Shown: positions 1-35,592, counted from the first letter of the stretch. The stretch: 64,000 nucleotides of DNA from Chrysomallon squamiferum (GCA_012295275.1 CM022672.1:17856001-17920000); one strand, 5' to 3'. The notes: a model not told the origin generated them from the letters alone. Numbers and translations are program-made.

Positions 1-522
1 TCCCTAGTTTATTTAAGATTATCTTAGTAGCTTGGCAGCCTATTGTTGAAAAACTTTAGGTTATATTGTTTGTTTTTGTCTTTTTTTTTTTTTCTCTTTT
101 TTTAAATGTGAATAATGATCAATCATCTTGTTTGAATAATTTTGTGTAAAGAGTAATTTAAAAACAATAAATAAATAAATAAATAAAAACCCAACCCCTT
201 GTACAGAATATTATATATAATGGCTTTCCATAATTTTATTGTTACTATTGTTACTGGTTTATCTCATCTGTAAAGTTTATCATTTTTCATGTACAACATG
301 TAATAACATCAACACTGTTTAAAAAAAAACTTTTGACTTGAACTGAGATGTGATGATCCTCTATATTTTCATACGATGTATTAATTGAAGTTACAGTCAT
401 TCTGCAATGTAAATATTGTTTCTAAATATTCTAACATTTATTTTTTTTTCCCATAAGTCTGATTTTTTTTTTTTTTTTTCTCCCAGTCTTTGTGATGTTG
501 AGGGAGTGGTGTGTTTCTTGGT

Positions 523-583
<61 letters not shown>

Positions 584-646
584 GAAAAAAAATGCCATGA
601 GAACCATTGTACAAAATGACAAAAGAAAAAAAAAAAAAAAATTAAG

Positions 647-686
<40 letters not shown>

Positions 687-1873
687 AAACTGTCTTGTAT
701 ATTCCTCCATTATTGTGTGTGTTTTTAGTCCACGAATGTATGTGACAAATACTGTATCTACAGAGGTTGTAGTTACACTTGGTATTGTACTGTTGTTGTA
801 GAAAAATGCCTCATTTTGACATCAGCATTGGGTGAAAGAACATGTATATAATAGTGTCTTTTTGTTTAAACTGTCATCTGGTATGTCCTTCAAGGGGGAA
901 GTAAATTTTAAACAAATAAAATGTTTAAAATAATGGGTGTTTGGGTTGTACTATTATCATTATGTTTATTATTATTTTTTTATTTCTTTTTTTTTTTCAT
1001 TTTTTTTTTTAGAAAGTAATTTGGATTTGTTATCTTTATTTGTGACTATAGTGACAGTGAATTGTATTTTTCTGTACATTTGTTCAGAATTTTATTGAGG
1101 ATAATTTTAGTTTGGTCCATGTAAGCCCTTTTTTTTTTCACAGTAATTTAAATTAAATAGTAGAGTGTACAAAGTGAATGTAACTGTTTGCGATCATCAG
1201 GTTATGGTAACATATCAAAGAGAAATTTGTGATAAAAGCAGTATATCTTGGTAAGTCAAAATCTTCTGTCATGAATTTTTAACAAAAAAAGTTGAAGATA
1301 AACTGTCTTAAAAAGAACTATAAATATTTGTAAAAAAAAAATCACTTTTTATCAACAGCTTAAAATACATTTTATCAGTTTAAACAAAGGAAAAGAATTT
1401 GATGACATCAGAAAGTATTTTTATTTTTTTTTTTTTATTTATCCCATGGATAAAAATAATGCTATCCTTTGTTTTTAAAATGTTACCCAAACTATTTTGC
1501 AGTTACAAAACGTACTTTTTTCTTTCTTTCCTTCTTTTTATTTTTTTTTTATTTTTTTATTCCATCAATCTGAAAAGTTGGTTCATAATATAGTTACAGA
1601 AATAATTTAATATGCAATTCTGGTTATGATGTGAATGTTAACAAATAACAGAGACAGTTACAACTGTTCGAGGCTGTGTATCAAAAACTCTTGTATTTGT
1701 GAATGTGTTTAGCTTAGTTAAATTTCCAGGATGACAATTACAATGATGTTTTTTTTTGTGTGTTTTTTTTTTTTTTTTTTTTGTATCTGTATGTGCTACT
1801 CAACATTTGATAATTATCCAGCATAATTATTCATAATTCTTGATACCAAAGTCAACTTGTTTTTCTCCATTTT

Positions 1874-1907
<34 letters not shown>

Positions 1908-4900
1908 CAAGAAATGGGGATGGTGCTTTTAATATTGAATATTTATTTGGCCTTCAAAAACAGAACAGCAGTTTGCAAAAATGCACAGAAGTTGTTTCCC
2001 TTTCTCAAACATTTTAGCTACCTTTTCTTGCACACCAGACAACTTACTGTTGTTTTAATTAAAAATGGAAATGACAGATCAACAAATCTTGACTCCCAGG
2101 TTTTTTAAAGAATAATAATTTTTTTTTTTTTTTTAAGTTACAGTAAATGTGAACTATTCAAAGGACAACAGAAAAAGTTATATATATATATATATATATT
2201 CTAATGGCATTTTAACAGGCTGCTTAATCTTGTTTGAGCTAGAGATAATTTTTCTTCAGAAATAAAACAAAATATTCTGATTTTTAGCGCAGCATTTAAA
2301 AAAAAAAAAGTATACAAACCATTACATTAGTATTTTGCTCTTCACATTTCTGATAATAATTGTTTTTGTTTTTCTACACTGTCTATCAGAGTTTGAGTAG
2401 CATATACAGCTGAGTTACGTTTGATGTAAATATTGAGTACTGATATCAGACTTTGAGCACACAGAGACCTGCATTGCCCTCTTGCATGATGCCAAGTTTA
2501 CTTCTGTTTTCCAGCCTGAGTTTCATTTCAATGGACTGTGACAATTACATTTTTCTTATTCTTTCCTTTTTATTTCTTTTAAAAAAAATTTTTCTCCCTC
2601 CCCATTAATTTATTTATTTATTTACTTTTTTTTTTTTTTTATTTTTTAAAATCTATTTTGGGGTTGTTTTTGTTTTTTTCTTAAATCATCTTGGTACTGA
2701 TAACGAATGTTTGTCTACCTCTAAACGTTACAAAATATGAAAACTGTTATTTCATGGGGTACTGTTTTCTTTTTTATTCATCAGTTTTTCTTTTTGTATC
2801 TTTTAGCAAAACAAATATAAGATTTTACTGGAACAAAGAAATTTAAAAATCATCTATCATAAATGAAGATAAAAGAATTATTATGTTTTGATGATCATCA
2901 TTCAGCTGATGATTTTAATAATTTTTTTATTACCAGTGGTCTCTGTAAATGTAATAACCTTCCAGATAATCGAAGCTGATTCATTTAATTTGGTTTGCAG
3001 CTTTTGCAGTTGCCAAACTGCTTTGACTGTTTAGATGCTGTGCACTGTCTGGTAGTGTTGAATTTATTCCAATAAATATTACCATTATCAAAGATATATA
3101 TATTTATAAAAGAAATAAGCTATAAGTCATTTCAAAACATCCAAAAACTGTATGGCTTGCTTTGTAGGCAAACTTACATAAATAAATTCAGAAAGATAAT
3201 CAAGTGAATATTGTAACTGAAAATAAAAATTCATTATTATTATTATTTTAGTACGACAAGAAATGTGGAAAACGGCTACATCAGAATTATAATTGGAGAG
3301 AATAAATAAGAATGATCATATTAGTCTTGTGAGAAATTCAAAACAGTTGCATCAAACTGATTATTCAGTCAGTGCAGTATAAACACAAAGTATTAATAAT
3401 AAATTTTAGCATAGCTGTATTAGTGTCAAGAAAAAGTACTTGAACAATTTCTACGTGATTACTATTACTCCAATAATTTCTTCTTTTTAAAACAAAACAA
3501 AAATAATAAAACATAGCTGCAGTGAGTGGTAAAACTAAAAGTAACAGTAAATGTATAACCTAAAGCGTAAGTAATATTTTAGCTGTTTTCATTAAGTAGC
3601 TAAATTTGATTTATTTGTTAATAATTGATAGTGACCAGGTTAAGCTGAAATACAACACTGGCTTAATATGATAATTGCTTTGGTATTTGCATTATGTTCA
3701 ATAGATACAATAACAAAAATATATTTAATGGGATATTTTTTTTTTTCATGATGAAGTTAGTCAAAAATGAAAGCCGAAATTTTAACAATGATTAATAAAG
3801 GAAAAATATCAGCTAACTTTCAGTAGACTTATTACCAACAAACCATTAGTTTTTAACTATTAACTGAACATTTCTAATTTCAAAGAGGTAGATCAGATTT
3901 AGTTAATGGAAGGTTTTTCTTGTGCTCATAAATGGTTATCTACTGCTTTGACACCAACCTTTTTTAAGTTAATTATTAATGTATTTATTATTTTATTTAA
4001 ATTTATTTGTGTTATTATTATTATTTGTTTTTATTTTATTTTTTTTTACTTTTTTAAATTTACAGGCTGTTGGCCTTTCAAAGACTAAGAATATATATAT
4101 ATATACATACATAAATATAAATATATATAATTATTTAATTTATATTGAAAGATCACTCTGGCCTTTGTCAAAGCGCCACAAAATGTATGAAGAGTGCCGA
4201 CTTTGTGTTTGAATGGTGTGCCAAAGTCAGTATATATTTTTTAATTTTATTTTTTTGTCTGTTTTTATATTTTTTATTTTTTTTTATATATATTTTTTTT
4301 TTTTCCCAATCACTGTTTTATTAAAAATATTATTATTTTTTTTTTTTTGTAAAATTGTAAATTATTGTGAACATGTGAATGCATGGGTGTACTTTTATTA
4401 GGTTTTGTCGGCACTTAACCGAAGTAACATATGGTTCATTGAAATATTGTCTTTAAAAAGTTTGATTTTTGCTGAAACCAGTTCATGTCAGTTTTGCAAA
4501 CATTCCCCCTTTTTTTTCGCAGCAGTGTACAGTCGAGAAAAGAAACATGTTTAGATTAAAATAGATTCAACATGCCCTGGAAAACTGTTTGATAAAAATT
4601 GCTTCTAATAAAGAAAAATTTTTTACTTGGCATTTGTATTTTTGTACCAAGTATAATATTTCATTAGATGTAATTCTAGATTTTTCTTCATATGCAACGA
4701 GTTGAAAAAAAAATAAATGAACAAAACAAATGTTTTTAATTAAAATAAACAATGTATTTATATGATCCTTTGATTAAATTGTATGAAAAGTATGCAGAAA
4801 AGATCCTCGTATCACATATAAACATCATTTTATTTTATTCTTCACATAATCTGAACACAGTTACTTTGATTTGAAATGTTAGGTAAAAAAATAAGAAAAA

Positions 4901-7080
4901 TAATATAATTTTTAAACATTTATGGTTATCTTTTTCTTCCATTTTTTTTTTTCTCACTTTTTTCTTTTAAAATCATCTCTGCCAGTATTTATGTAAAATG
5001 GAAAAAAAAAACAAAAAAAAAACTATATATATATATATAAATATAAAAATGTTATACTGAAGATTTATATGAAGCAGAATGAAAAGGTTGACTAAGACGT
5101 TCTTTAAATTGTTCTTTCTACAATGTAAGTATTATCAAACAGATTTCTACACCTGCTGGGTTTGATCTGTTCTCATGTTACAGATAAATCAACTAGATGT
5201 ATTCCCAGGTTAATAACCTTGTTTGAACTGGTTATGGCAATGTTGTGTGGACCTTTTCTCTGTTGCTCTCTGGTGTAGAACCACACAGCAGACTGCAAAA
5301 ATAAAGATGACTGATTTGTAAATACTTAAAGTGTTCTTGTTTTTATTTTCTTACACTTGGTATATTCCCTTCACAAACATCAGTACATGCATGCATAAAT
5401 ACTTAAATATATTCTGTTGAAAGACAGCATATGGAATGGTAAAGCTAATCTAAATTATTTGGTAAATTTTGTCACTATCTCAACAATATGTGTAGACATT
5501 TCAGACAAATTCATAATCATTTTGGCAACAGTCTCCAAACTTGACAAAAGCTACAAAGATAATTTTTAAAGAATTTACAAAATTAATGGGTTATGATAAT
5601 ATGAATACAAATTTCTCAAAAAAACCCCATTGAAAATGTTTAAAATTTTCAATTTGTTATTTATTTATTTATTTTTAATATTGGCAATAAATATATCGAA
5701 TGCTTTTTGACAAGATAAATTCAAACAAAATTCAGCAATGGAACTTAAAGAAATAAATTTTAAAATTGTTTACTGAATAAACAGGTGATGGGCCAGATTA
5801 CTGAAGTTTGAAGTATGTTTGAAGACTCCAGATGTTAGAAATATCATTTAGGATAGAAACAACTTTCATTAAAAACACCAAAAAAAAAAAACCATTTTAT
5901 TCATTAATATTTTTAGGGTGGGGTTTATTCAGGCCTCAGGTGTAGTCCAAATGCCTGTATAGCCAGGCTGCCCCTGGTACATTATGAAGAAAGCAGGTTC
6001 TCTATTTAAGACAGTTAACTCTGTTATTTTGTTGTATTCTAGTTGAGAGTTGTTTAGAGACTGTAATCTTGAGTGTGGGACTGAACATGTCTGAGAAATG
6101 ACACTGGAGGAGTAGTACTTTTTTATTTATTTTATTTATTTATTTATTTTTTTTAATTATTATTATTTTTTTTTTTATTTTTATTGTCAGTATTTCATAA
6201 CTGGTTTTTCAAGGTGTTTTCCCGTTCATGGTAAGGTGTATGCAAAATATTCCATTTTTGCTCAATTTTATAACACAAATACCATAGAGATGATGCCAAA
6301 AACCAGCTTCCTTTCTAATAGTTATATTACAAAATCATCTATTAACTGCATGTACACACATACAAACATACACACTCATGCACACAAACCCCCTTGAAAA
6401 AACATACAGACACACACAAAGTGAGCCCCGAATATTCATTCAGACTTAAAAAACCTAATTCAGGCTGGAACAGGATGAAGTTTTCTATACACTGAAGCCA
6501 ATGTCATGTTCTTCCAGCCTGTTTGTTCCTCTGTAATTATTACTTCTCATACTATTTCACTGAACTCGATATTCAATCCATGCAATTAAAAATTTTTAAA
6601 ATGGTAGAAAATACAACATATTTAAAATCATAAAATTTCCAAATGGTTTGAAAAAAAAAAAAAAAAAAAAAAAAAATAAATATGAAAAAATAAATGTGCT
6701 GTTGATTATAAAACAAAATGGTGGCAGTCAAAAACCATTTTTTTAAATATATTTTTACAAAAGTATCAAAAGAAGATTAATTAAAACAAAACTCTAAAAA
6801 AAAATGTAGTTTTTTTTAAACTGAGAATATGTAAAATTTCAGCAGCTAATGATGACACATTACAAAGTACTTGATGTACTGTCTGGGTATTTTTTTGTTG
6901 TTTGTTTTATTATTTTTCAAGTTTCAGTAGTACTTGGTGCATGTTCATTTTATCACTTCAGTGTATATTAAGATAAACAATTTTGTACTAGATCACCTAA
7001 AGTTTTTATTATTATTATTTTTTTTTAAATCTCTTAAATTATTTCTTTTGACACAACAGTCAATATTAAATACAAACTTG

Positions 7081-7115
<35 letters not shown>

Positions 7116-8000
7116 TGTATGTATGTATGTATGTATGTATGTATGTATGTATGTATGTATGTATGAATGTATAATATAGTTCACAGTATTGTTGGTATTG
7201 TTCTGAACTGGCAATTTCACAGAACATGTACTTACGTATACAATTATAACAGCATCATAATTTGTTGTGAATTACGCTACACTGGAGATTATGTATCTAT
7301 GTATTATTACAAACTCTCTATTAAAAATGAAATAAAATGATCTATAGAAATGAAATTAAAAGGTAGCCATATGGCAGTGCAATAAACCCCAGTCTGCTTG
7401 CAAATTCCATTGTTCTGCTTTAAAATGGAATTCTTTGAAAATATTTGTATGCTGCATTATAGAACTGTGACACACACACACACAAAATGAAAAGAAAAGA
7501 TATATATATATATATATATATAAAAAAAATACAACTAGAATATTTTGTTACTGATAAAATATTTTACTCTGAATGGCTTGCTATTACAATCTACGATGAC
7601 ATATTAAATGAAAAAAAGAAATAATAGTAATAAAAAAATAAAATATATAATAAATAAGACTGGCATAATTTGGTACTGATGAAATATTCAGCTATTTAGA
7701 AAATTATTAGAACTATCAATAATTGCAGATTATGTGGGGGTTTTTTTTTTTTTTAATTGGTCGTTCAAGATTTATTGTAGATTATATTTGTTGTCTGAAC
7801 TTGTTTGATTTCAGACCTTGTAGTTTATCTCAACCTACTGATCATTATTATATTATATATACATAAAATATAAAATTGTAAATAGATGAATGGATGTGTT
7901 TATTTACTTATCACCATTAAAGAAACTGCTGTTTTCAGACTATAGTTTTAGATGTACAGAGGAGAGAATAAAATGTCTGACATTGTTTTTATTATATAAA
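1..8000 (+). other. Probable long 3' UTR / 3' flank of a plus-strand gene lying upstream of the window
   Basis: No coding exons recognised; T-skew on plus; several TGTAHATA (Pumilio-type) elements (408, 843, 2425, 5317, 7877); AATAAA sites such as ~4744 and ~7967. Confidence 0.4.
7086..7164. repeat. (TATG)n microsatellite
   Basis: Visible perfect tetranucleotide array. Confidence 0.95.
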
Positions 8001-8387
8001 TGTTCAAAAGGGACGTTTCTTGTCTGTGAACATTTATTTCCATAACGTTGTTTCAATTATAGACTGGTTTCATAATGTACAGTATCATATTTCTTTAAAT
8101 ATTTGTTTTACAATACCAACCCATATTTTATCATTTCATGTTAAAATAATACATAAAAATCACAGGATGTCTGCTGAAAATTCCACATCACCTCATTATG
8201 CTGTATACATGAAATGGCAGCAAAAAACCTTTACATTCACCTTCCTGGAACAACAACAACAACAAAAAAACCCCATCAAAATGGCATAATATCAGCTTTG
8301 TGATGAATCATCTATTGTGCACTGTCTGGAATGGGAAAATTTTCTTTAGGTTCATTAAGAAGGAACAATCCTTTGACCAGTCTAATT

Positions 8388-8605
8388 TGAGGCATAGGCA
8401 TATCTACTGAAAATAATGCTGTATGGCAAGCACTGAATTTGGAACCCTCTTCAAACATTTGGCACCCATTTTTTTTTCAGATAACATCACCACAAAATCA
8501 GCTCAGAAATACCAGTCTCCTTTAATACATAGTGCTCAATGGCAGCCACTCTTCAAGTGGTGCCCAAGGCATGTGTGCTATTTACCTTACTGTAACTATG
8601 CCTCA
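8388..8605. mobile_element. Decayed MITE-like element (possibly PIF/Harbinger type)
   Basis: Perfect 10-bp terminal inverted repeat TGAGGCATAG...CTATGCCTCA; internal TGGCACCC/TGGTGCCC (CpG-decayed GGCGCCC); the right 15 bp recur as exact reverse complement at 43711-43725. Confidence 0.45.
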
Positions 8606-9494
8606 TACTTGAGCTCAGTATTCTATCATGTAAACTACAACTGCTTTTGTAATAACTTTATTAACACTAAATCATTTATTACCAATTTCCCATTGGACAA
8701 TAATAGTGATACCAAAATTACTTAATGTTCAGAAAGAAATTAAATAGTTTGAAGGAACAGAAAAACAGTATAAAATGTTGTTAATTGCACAAATGTTTTA
8801 GACATTCAGATTTATATTGAAAACGCTTATTATTCAGAAAAAAGATACAAGTTGTATAGAAAAAGCAGTTACTTAGTCTGTAATTAGCTGTTAGCATTTA
8901 GAAATATTTACAAGATTCAGTTCTGAATATTCAAAAAGAAGTTAAACTGTGTAGAAAAAGTAATGATTTATCCCATAATTTTCTATTAATATTTAAAGAG
9001 GTTTAAAAGGTTCTAATCATAATAACATTTACATTTTATGTTTGCTCGTGATAGTTTTAGATGTGTTACCATGAATAATAAATTAGTTTAGTGCATATAA
9101 TAAACATAGTATAAACACTGTCAATTTTACATATTTTTTTAAATAAAGTATTTATAATAATAATAATTAATAAATAAATAAAATATAAAATAAATAAATA
9201 AATAAAAGTAAAAAAAAAAAAAAAACATTAAAAACCTAAATAGTTGATTGATTACAGTTTTATATTTTTGTTTATTATTATATATTAATATATTCTTAAT
9301 TTTTGTTTTTGTTTAATTTTTTTTACATTGTTATTGAATTTAAGGAAATTTCATATTTTTATATTTTTGTTTTAAAATATTTACATCTTTTGAGTGGAAA
9401 CTTGGTTAATATTATTTTTTGTTTAAACCTTAGTTTATGGTTAAAAAAAAAAAAAATAATAATAAAAAATTTTATTAGCAACTTTTTTTATTAT

Positions 9495-9533
<39 letters not shown>

Positions 9534-10035
9534 ATAACTAAATAAATAAATAAATAAATAAAATAATTAATTAAATTAAATTAAAAATAAAAAAATAACA
9601 GTAGGTGGACCTTGATTTTTGAGACCCTGAACTTTCATTTGTTATGAGTCCTTTGCACCCAGCAACAAGGGTCAATAACCATTGTTATCTTCTTCAGTGA
9701 GACTGTTTCATAATACAATCACAACACATTTTTTTTATAATTTAATCAAAAACCTCTCAGATTTGGATTAAAATTGCAACATTGAACTTTCTCACATGTC
9801 AAAGTCCCTGGTATGAATAAACATTTTTTTATAGTTCTCTTATTTATGATGGATGAAATTAGGTAAATGTTTTTTACATTCATGATACATCACACAATAA
9901 TGAAATAATACATTGAAAATGCCACAGTCAGTATAATGTTTCATTTTTAGATGCATGTATGACTACAGGATAAAATCAGTCCTAGGACACATCCAGGCAT
10001 ACATGCTCTAAGTTTCATAGTTAATCCTCCTCTGA

Positions 10036-10305
<270 letters not shown>

Positions 10306-13300
10306 TGCAGGTACTGAAACATTTACCTGGCTTATAGAAATCTGGAAAATAGAGAAAATTGGCTGTTTTTTTTTAAATGGCTACTTTCCTCAATGCCTCT
10401 TCAAATGGATGTCTTGCTGAGTGTGGGTGATCAGATATTTTGTGTTTAAGTTTACTCTTATTTTCACATATTATCAAGTCTAAAAGAGTGTTCAAGTAAA
10501 AACTGAACTTACTAGTGAAAAGTATTCTGCAAAAAGGTATTATAAGAATTGTATGTGAATTAATACAGAGAGATCAAAATATATCCTGCTTTATAATTTT
10601 GTTAATTTGTATCTGTTAAATACAATTTCATTCTTTATTTTTTGTTACCTGTAATAATAATAATTTTAGTAAAATGAATAACTGGAAAATTTTAAAAAAA
10701 AAAAAAATATGTTAAGTATTCTTAAAAGGTGCAATTCATTTATAAAATATTTCAAAAAATAATTTTTCAGTTTGGATTTTCTCCTTTTTCAAATTATCTT
10801 TAATTATTCACTTACTCAGATTTTGCTGTGAGATTAAGATTCAGTTTTGTCTGACTTAGATGGAGAAAAAGTATATAGAACAATAAAAATAATTATTAAT
10901 TTTATGATAATATCTCGTTTCTTTGGGGCTTTTTTATGTATTACTGGAACTGTATATAGCTTACTGACAAACTTTTAATTTTATAAATATTCCAATTATT
11001 GGCAATTTCATGTATATATATGAATACATAATGTTTTTCAGTTTTAGATAAATACAGATAATATATTTATAAAAATAAGATTACAAAGATAATAAGACTG
11101 AATTTAAAATGTTAACTTGAATGATTTTTTTTTTTTTTTTTTTCTATAGTTCCAGCAGACAGTTGAAAAGGACATATGTACATTTTGATGCTGCTACTTA
11201 CTATTGCCTTTCACAATGAAAAGAGACTAATGCTTTCATTGGTTACTGTTTTGTGAGGTGAAATAAATTTATATAATAGTAATGCAGTTTTACTTCAAGC
11301 AAGATTTGTGTGCCAATTTGTTAGAGCATGTAATAGTGTGTGATATTGAAATTATATATAAAAGATCCTTTGTTGATGTTTGAAAAAAAGAAAGAGAAAA
11401 GGAGTAGCCCATTTCATGATGGTGGTTATAAGAAACTGCTTTAACTAGATTCTTTATCACAGCCAATTCATGTTCCTGATTGGATTTTGTCTCATTTCAA
11501 ACAGAGTTAGATTATTTTAGAAAAGTATATATATATATATAAAACTGTCATGATCATTTGAAAATTGTGTACCAACACCTAATAAAGTTAAAGTTCACTT
11601 TTTAAATTAGTATAAAAAAGAAACAGAAAAAGGAAACTCAACCATGTAATTTAAAAGAATGGAGAGGGGTAAAAAAAAATATATAATCCATTGTAATGTA
11701 GTATCTTGAAGTAAATCTTCTAAAACAATGTATTTAAATCTTGGTCACATATCAATCATATTTTTTACTCTATCACTGTAAGAATTTGTTAGTAACCAAT
11801 GTTACTAGATAAAAATGCAAAAACAAAAAAATTAAAAAAAAATAAAATAAAAAAGATATTAAATAATAAGTTAAGCAAAATTAACATAACCTGTTTTTCA
11901 TTGTCATATTAAATAATAACGAAACAAGAAATCTTACTTTTTTAAACATTTGAGAATTATTTAGACATTATTTTTTGCTCTCTATTCAAAAACAGAAAAC
12001 AAAACAAAAATTTGTTTAAACATTTTATTGAGTCAATACCCAATGAGCAGACAGACACAGAGAAAAGATATACTGGAGAAAAAAAAAGTGGCAAGGCAGG
12101 CAGGCAGGCAATACATTCACTGTTGGATTTAGACAAAAGAGTGAATTTTAAACAGCTACAGAGTGACATTAATCATTGGCTTGCTCTCTTCAGTGGATTG
12201 TGGCTGGCAAATGTTTTGAAGATGAGGATGAAATTTTTTTTAATGTTTTTTTTTTTTTTTTTTTTTTTTTTCAGAATACAGAAATTGATTTGTTGTATGA
12301 ATGGAATTTGTGTCCAGTACAACTGATAAAGAGTAGTTCATTAATTAGCAGTTACATAAACATTTTTTTTTTTTTTTTTTTATCTACGAATGATAAATAA
12401 TCCTCTTTTTTTTTTTTCTTTCTTTCTTTTTTTTTTTTTTTTATTTTGAAACAAATTGTTTCCATCTTAGTCTTTTTTGTTAATAGTAATGAAATCAAAA
12501 CATTTGTCATTTGAAGCAATTTCTTTACATATTTAATACTGAAAACATAATAACAAATTACCAGTTATGAATATTGAATTTAACTTGTTAAAATAGAAAA
12601 AAATAATTTAAAACTGTCGACTTTAATGAATAATTAATTCTTGAAAATCTTTACATATTTTGTTAAGCAAATAATCTGAATTCACGTATCTCAGAAAACC
12701 TAATCTGAATTTGAACCTCTGTAAAATTCTGATTATGAACATACGGTTTCACAAAAAATAAAAAGTTAATTTTCCCATTTTCACCACTTATGGAATGACT
12801 TTCAAGCAGACTTTCAAAAAACCTACCATCAATAAAGGTGTCATTTGAAAGCAGATCTTTACAAATTACAACAATAAAAACAAAATATTATTAACCTAAT
12901 AAGTGGGGTATGAAACCTAATAAAGTAGATCAAAAATGTGTTGGGGGCATTGTTAAACATAACATTTATTTCTTTTTGCAAGAACACAGAGACATTCAAG
13001 CTTTTAAATCACTGACTATGTGTGTTTTAAATTAAAACTATTAAATCTCATTTTCATAAATGTAAAATGACAAGATAAAATATATTTAAAAAAACTTAAG
13101 TTGACACTCATAAATGAATTTTCTCACTCTGCACAGGTGTTTTTGCCTATTTTAACTGCTACCAAAGCAGAATTAATAGCCTAAAAGAAAGAAAGAAAAA
13201 CAGGAATATTAAAAAAAAGAAAAAAAAAAAGAGATAAACCTTCCAAAAAGCAGTATATTAATTGTAGAAACTGTAAAATGGTGTCAGTGTAAATATTTGA

Positions 13301-15251
13301 AGAGGTCCACTGGTCTGTTCATTTAATGTCTGTTACACAACAGAGAAAAAAAAACCACCAAACATTTATTGTTGTTGTTGTTGTTTAGTAAATCTATGGA
13401 TATAAAACAGAATATGTTATAACCTTCAACATGTTACTGCCAATTTATTTCATTCTTTTTAACTAATAATAAATATATATATATATATTTTTTTAAATGT
13501 ATGCATTTCATCATACAGCTTTGTTCTTTTGAATTATCTACTAAAAAGCAGTTAAAAAACATTCTCTACTCATTGTCTGTATTTTTTACAAAAATTTAAA
13601 CTTTCTACAATTTATATAAGAAAATATAATAAATAGAGAAAAAAATAAAACAATAAAATAAAACAGAATTATCACTAATGGCTGAATTCACAAAGCCTGC
13701 AGTGGCCTTATAAACATTTAACATTTAACAAGTATATTTACAATGCTTAAATATTAAAGAATAAGCCAATTTCATAAATCCCTCTCTTTCTATTTGTAAT
13801 AATATTGCTTGTTTTAAAATAAAATTATTTATAACAAAGCAGTCTTTTGTAAAATATTTAAAATCTGCACAGAAAAATTAACCACAAATAACATTTTATC
13901 TCGTGAAAGGAATTAGACAAAAACATTTTTCTGTTTTTAATTTAATGCCTGGCATTTAATACCATTTTTTATTTCAAAATAATAGAAAGAGAAATAATAA
14001 TAATAAAAATAGTAATAATAATAATATATCCTCTGAATGTCCTGTGAGTAATAAATAACAAATATTTCTTTCAAATGAAAAGGAAAAAAGAAGAAATTAT
14101 TTTCACCCATATATAAAATTTTTTAAAAATGAATAAATGTAAACAAAAAAAAAAACTAAAATTTCTTTTATTTATCTAAAAATAATTTAGGCTTATAGGT
14201 TATTTTGTTTTTTAAATGTCTGAAAATTGTAACATGTTTCAAGTATATTAAAATTAAAACAAGATATTATTTTTTGTAATACACTTTTAGCATTTTCAAA
14301 AATAAACTGTTATTTTCAAGTTCTTTTCTATAACATGTAAACTCTTAATCATCACTGTTATAATTATTGTAATTACTATAATTATAATTTCATCTCAAAA
14401 TTCCATATCTTTTATCTATTTATTTCATTTGGTTCATTTTTATAGACATTAAAAGAATTAATCATTTTTAAATAGTAACAATTTGATTTGGTTAAAAATA
14501 AAATAAAATATCGTACCATTTCAGTGTAAAATTTAATTTCAATAAAAACAGATATACAAATATACATACATATGTATTTATTTGCTGCCTGAAATGTGAC
14601 ATATGAAAAAGTGTCTTACCCCCCCACCCCCTTCTTCAGGAAACTGAATTAATTATTTATGTATATTCTTTAATTTATTTTTTAGGTTACAAGCAAAAAG
14701 TAAACATCTTTCTCTTGATGTTTTCAAAAGAATGAATAATTAACAGTGGTTTTATTTTAGGAAACACACAACTATAAATATGTACAATGCTTAAACATGT
14801 GTTCAAGGAAAATAGGCTTAACAGACTGAGCTTTTAATATTTATAACAACAACAAAAAAGATTCACTATTGCAGTAACTCTTAAAAAAGCTGTGTGTTTT
14901 TTTTTATATACATAGTTAATTTAAAAAATAAGAATTATAGAAAATAATGTGAAATTTGGATATGTAGTTAATATTCTCTTTTTTAAATGTTCATTTAAAA
15001 AAAATAACTGCTGTAAGTCCAAAATGTGGTTTTTGTTTTGTTTTTTTTGTTTTTAATAATTAAAATATGACTCTTAGAAATTACAGTAGGCAGTATATCA
15101 CTTAAAAAAAAAAAAAAAAAAAAAAAAAACAAAAATAACCCACCATGTTTAATGGTTATTCACCCTAGCTTCAGAATATTTTTATGTTTGTTTACCTCAC
15201 GAACTAGAAAAATATTCACACACTTGACTAGAAGAGTGAAAGTTGAGACAG

Positions 15252-15297
<46 letters not shown>

Positions 15298-15534
15298 GAA
15301 AAAGTCTACACAGATAAAATACCCCACAACATGAACATCAGCTAGCTAAAGTTTCTTTGAAAGATACACAAAAAAACACAAAAGATAAACCCAAGACAAA
15401 ACAAAACAACAAAAAAACCACTGTCCATACATCCATACATTCAAACTGTTTTTGTTGGGTTTTTCTTTCTCAAGTCAGTTAAGGTTAGGTTCATTTGTAC
15501 ACATTATACACGAAGGAGATTCTTTGGCAATTTG

Positions 15535-35592
<20,058 letters not shown>

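Noticed and set aside
431-685. Poly-K ORF and a long poly-T/poly-A inverted pair
   Set aside because: Homopolymer runs are ubiquitous in this window and length-unreliable.
5241-5290. TGTTGTGTGG...CCACACAGCA hairpin as a pre-miRNA
   Set aside because: Only ~10 bp of stem with a large loop and no match to a miRNA family I know.
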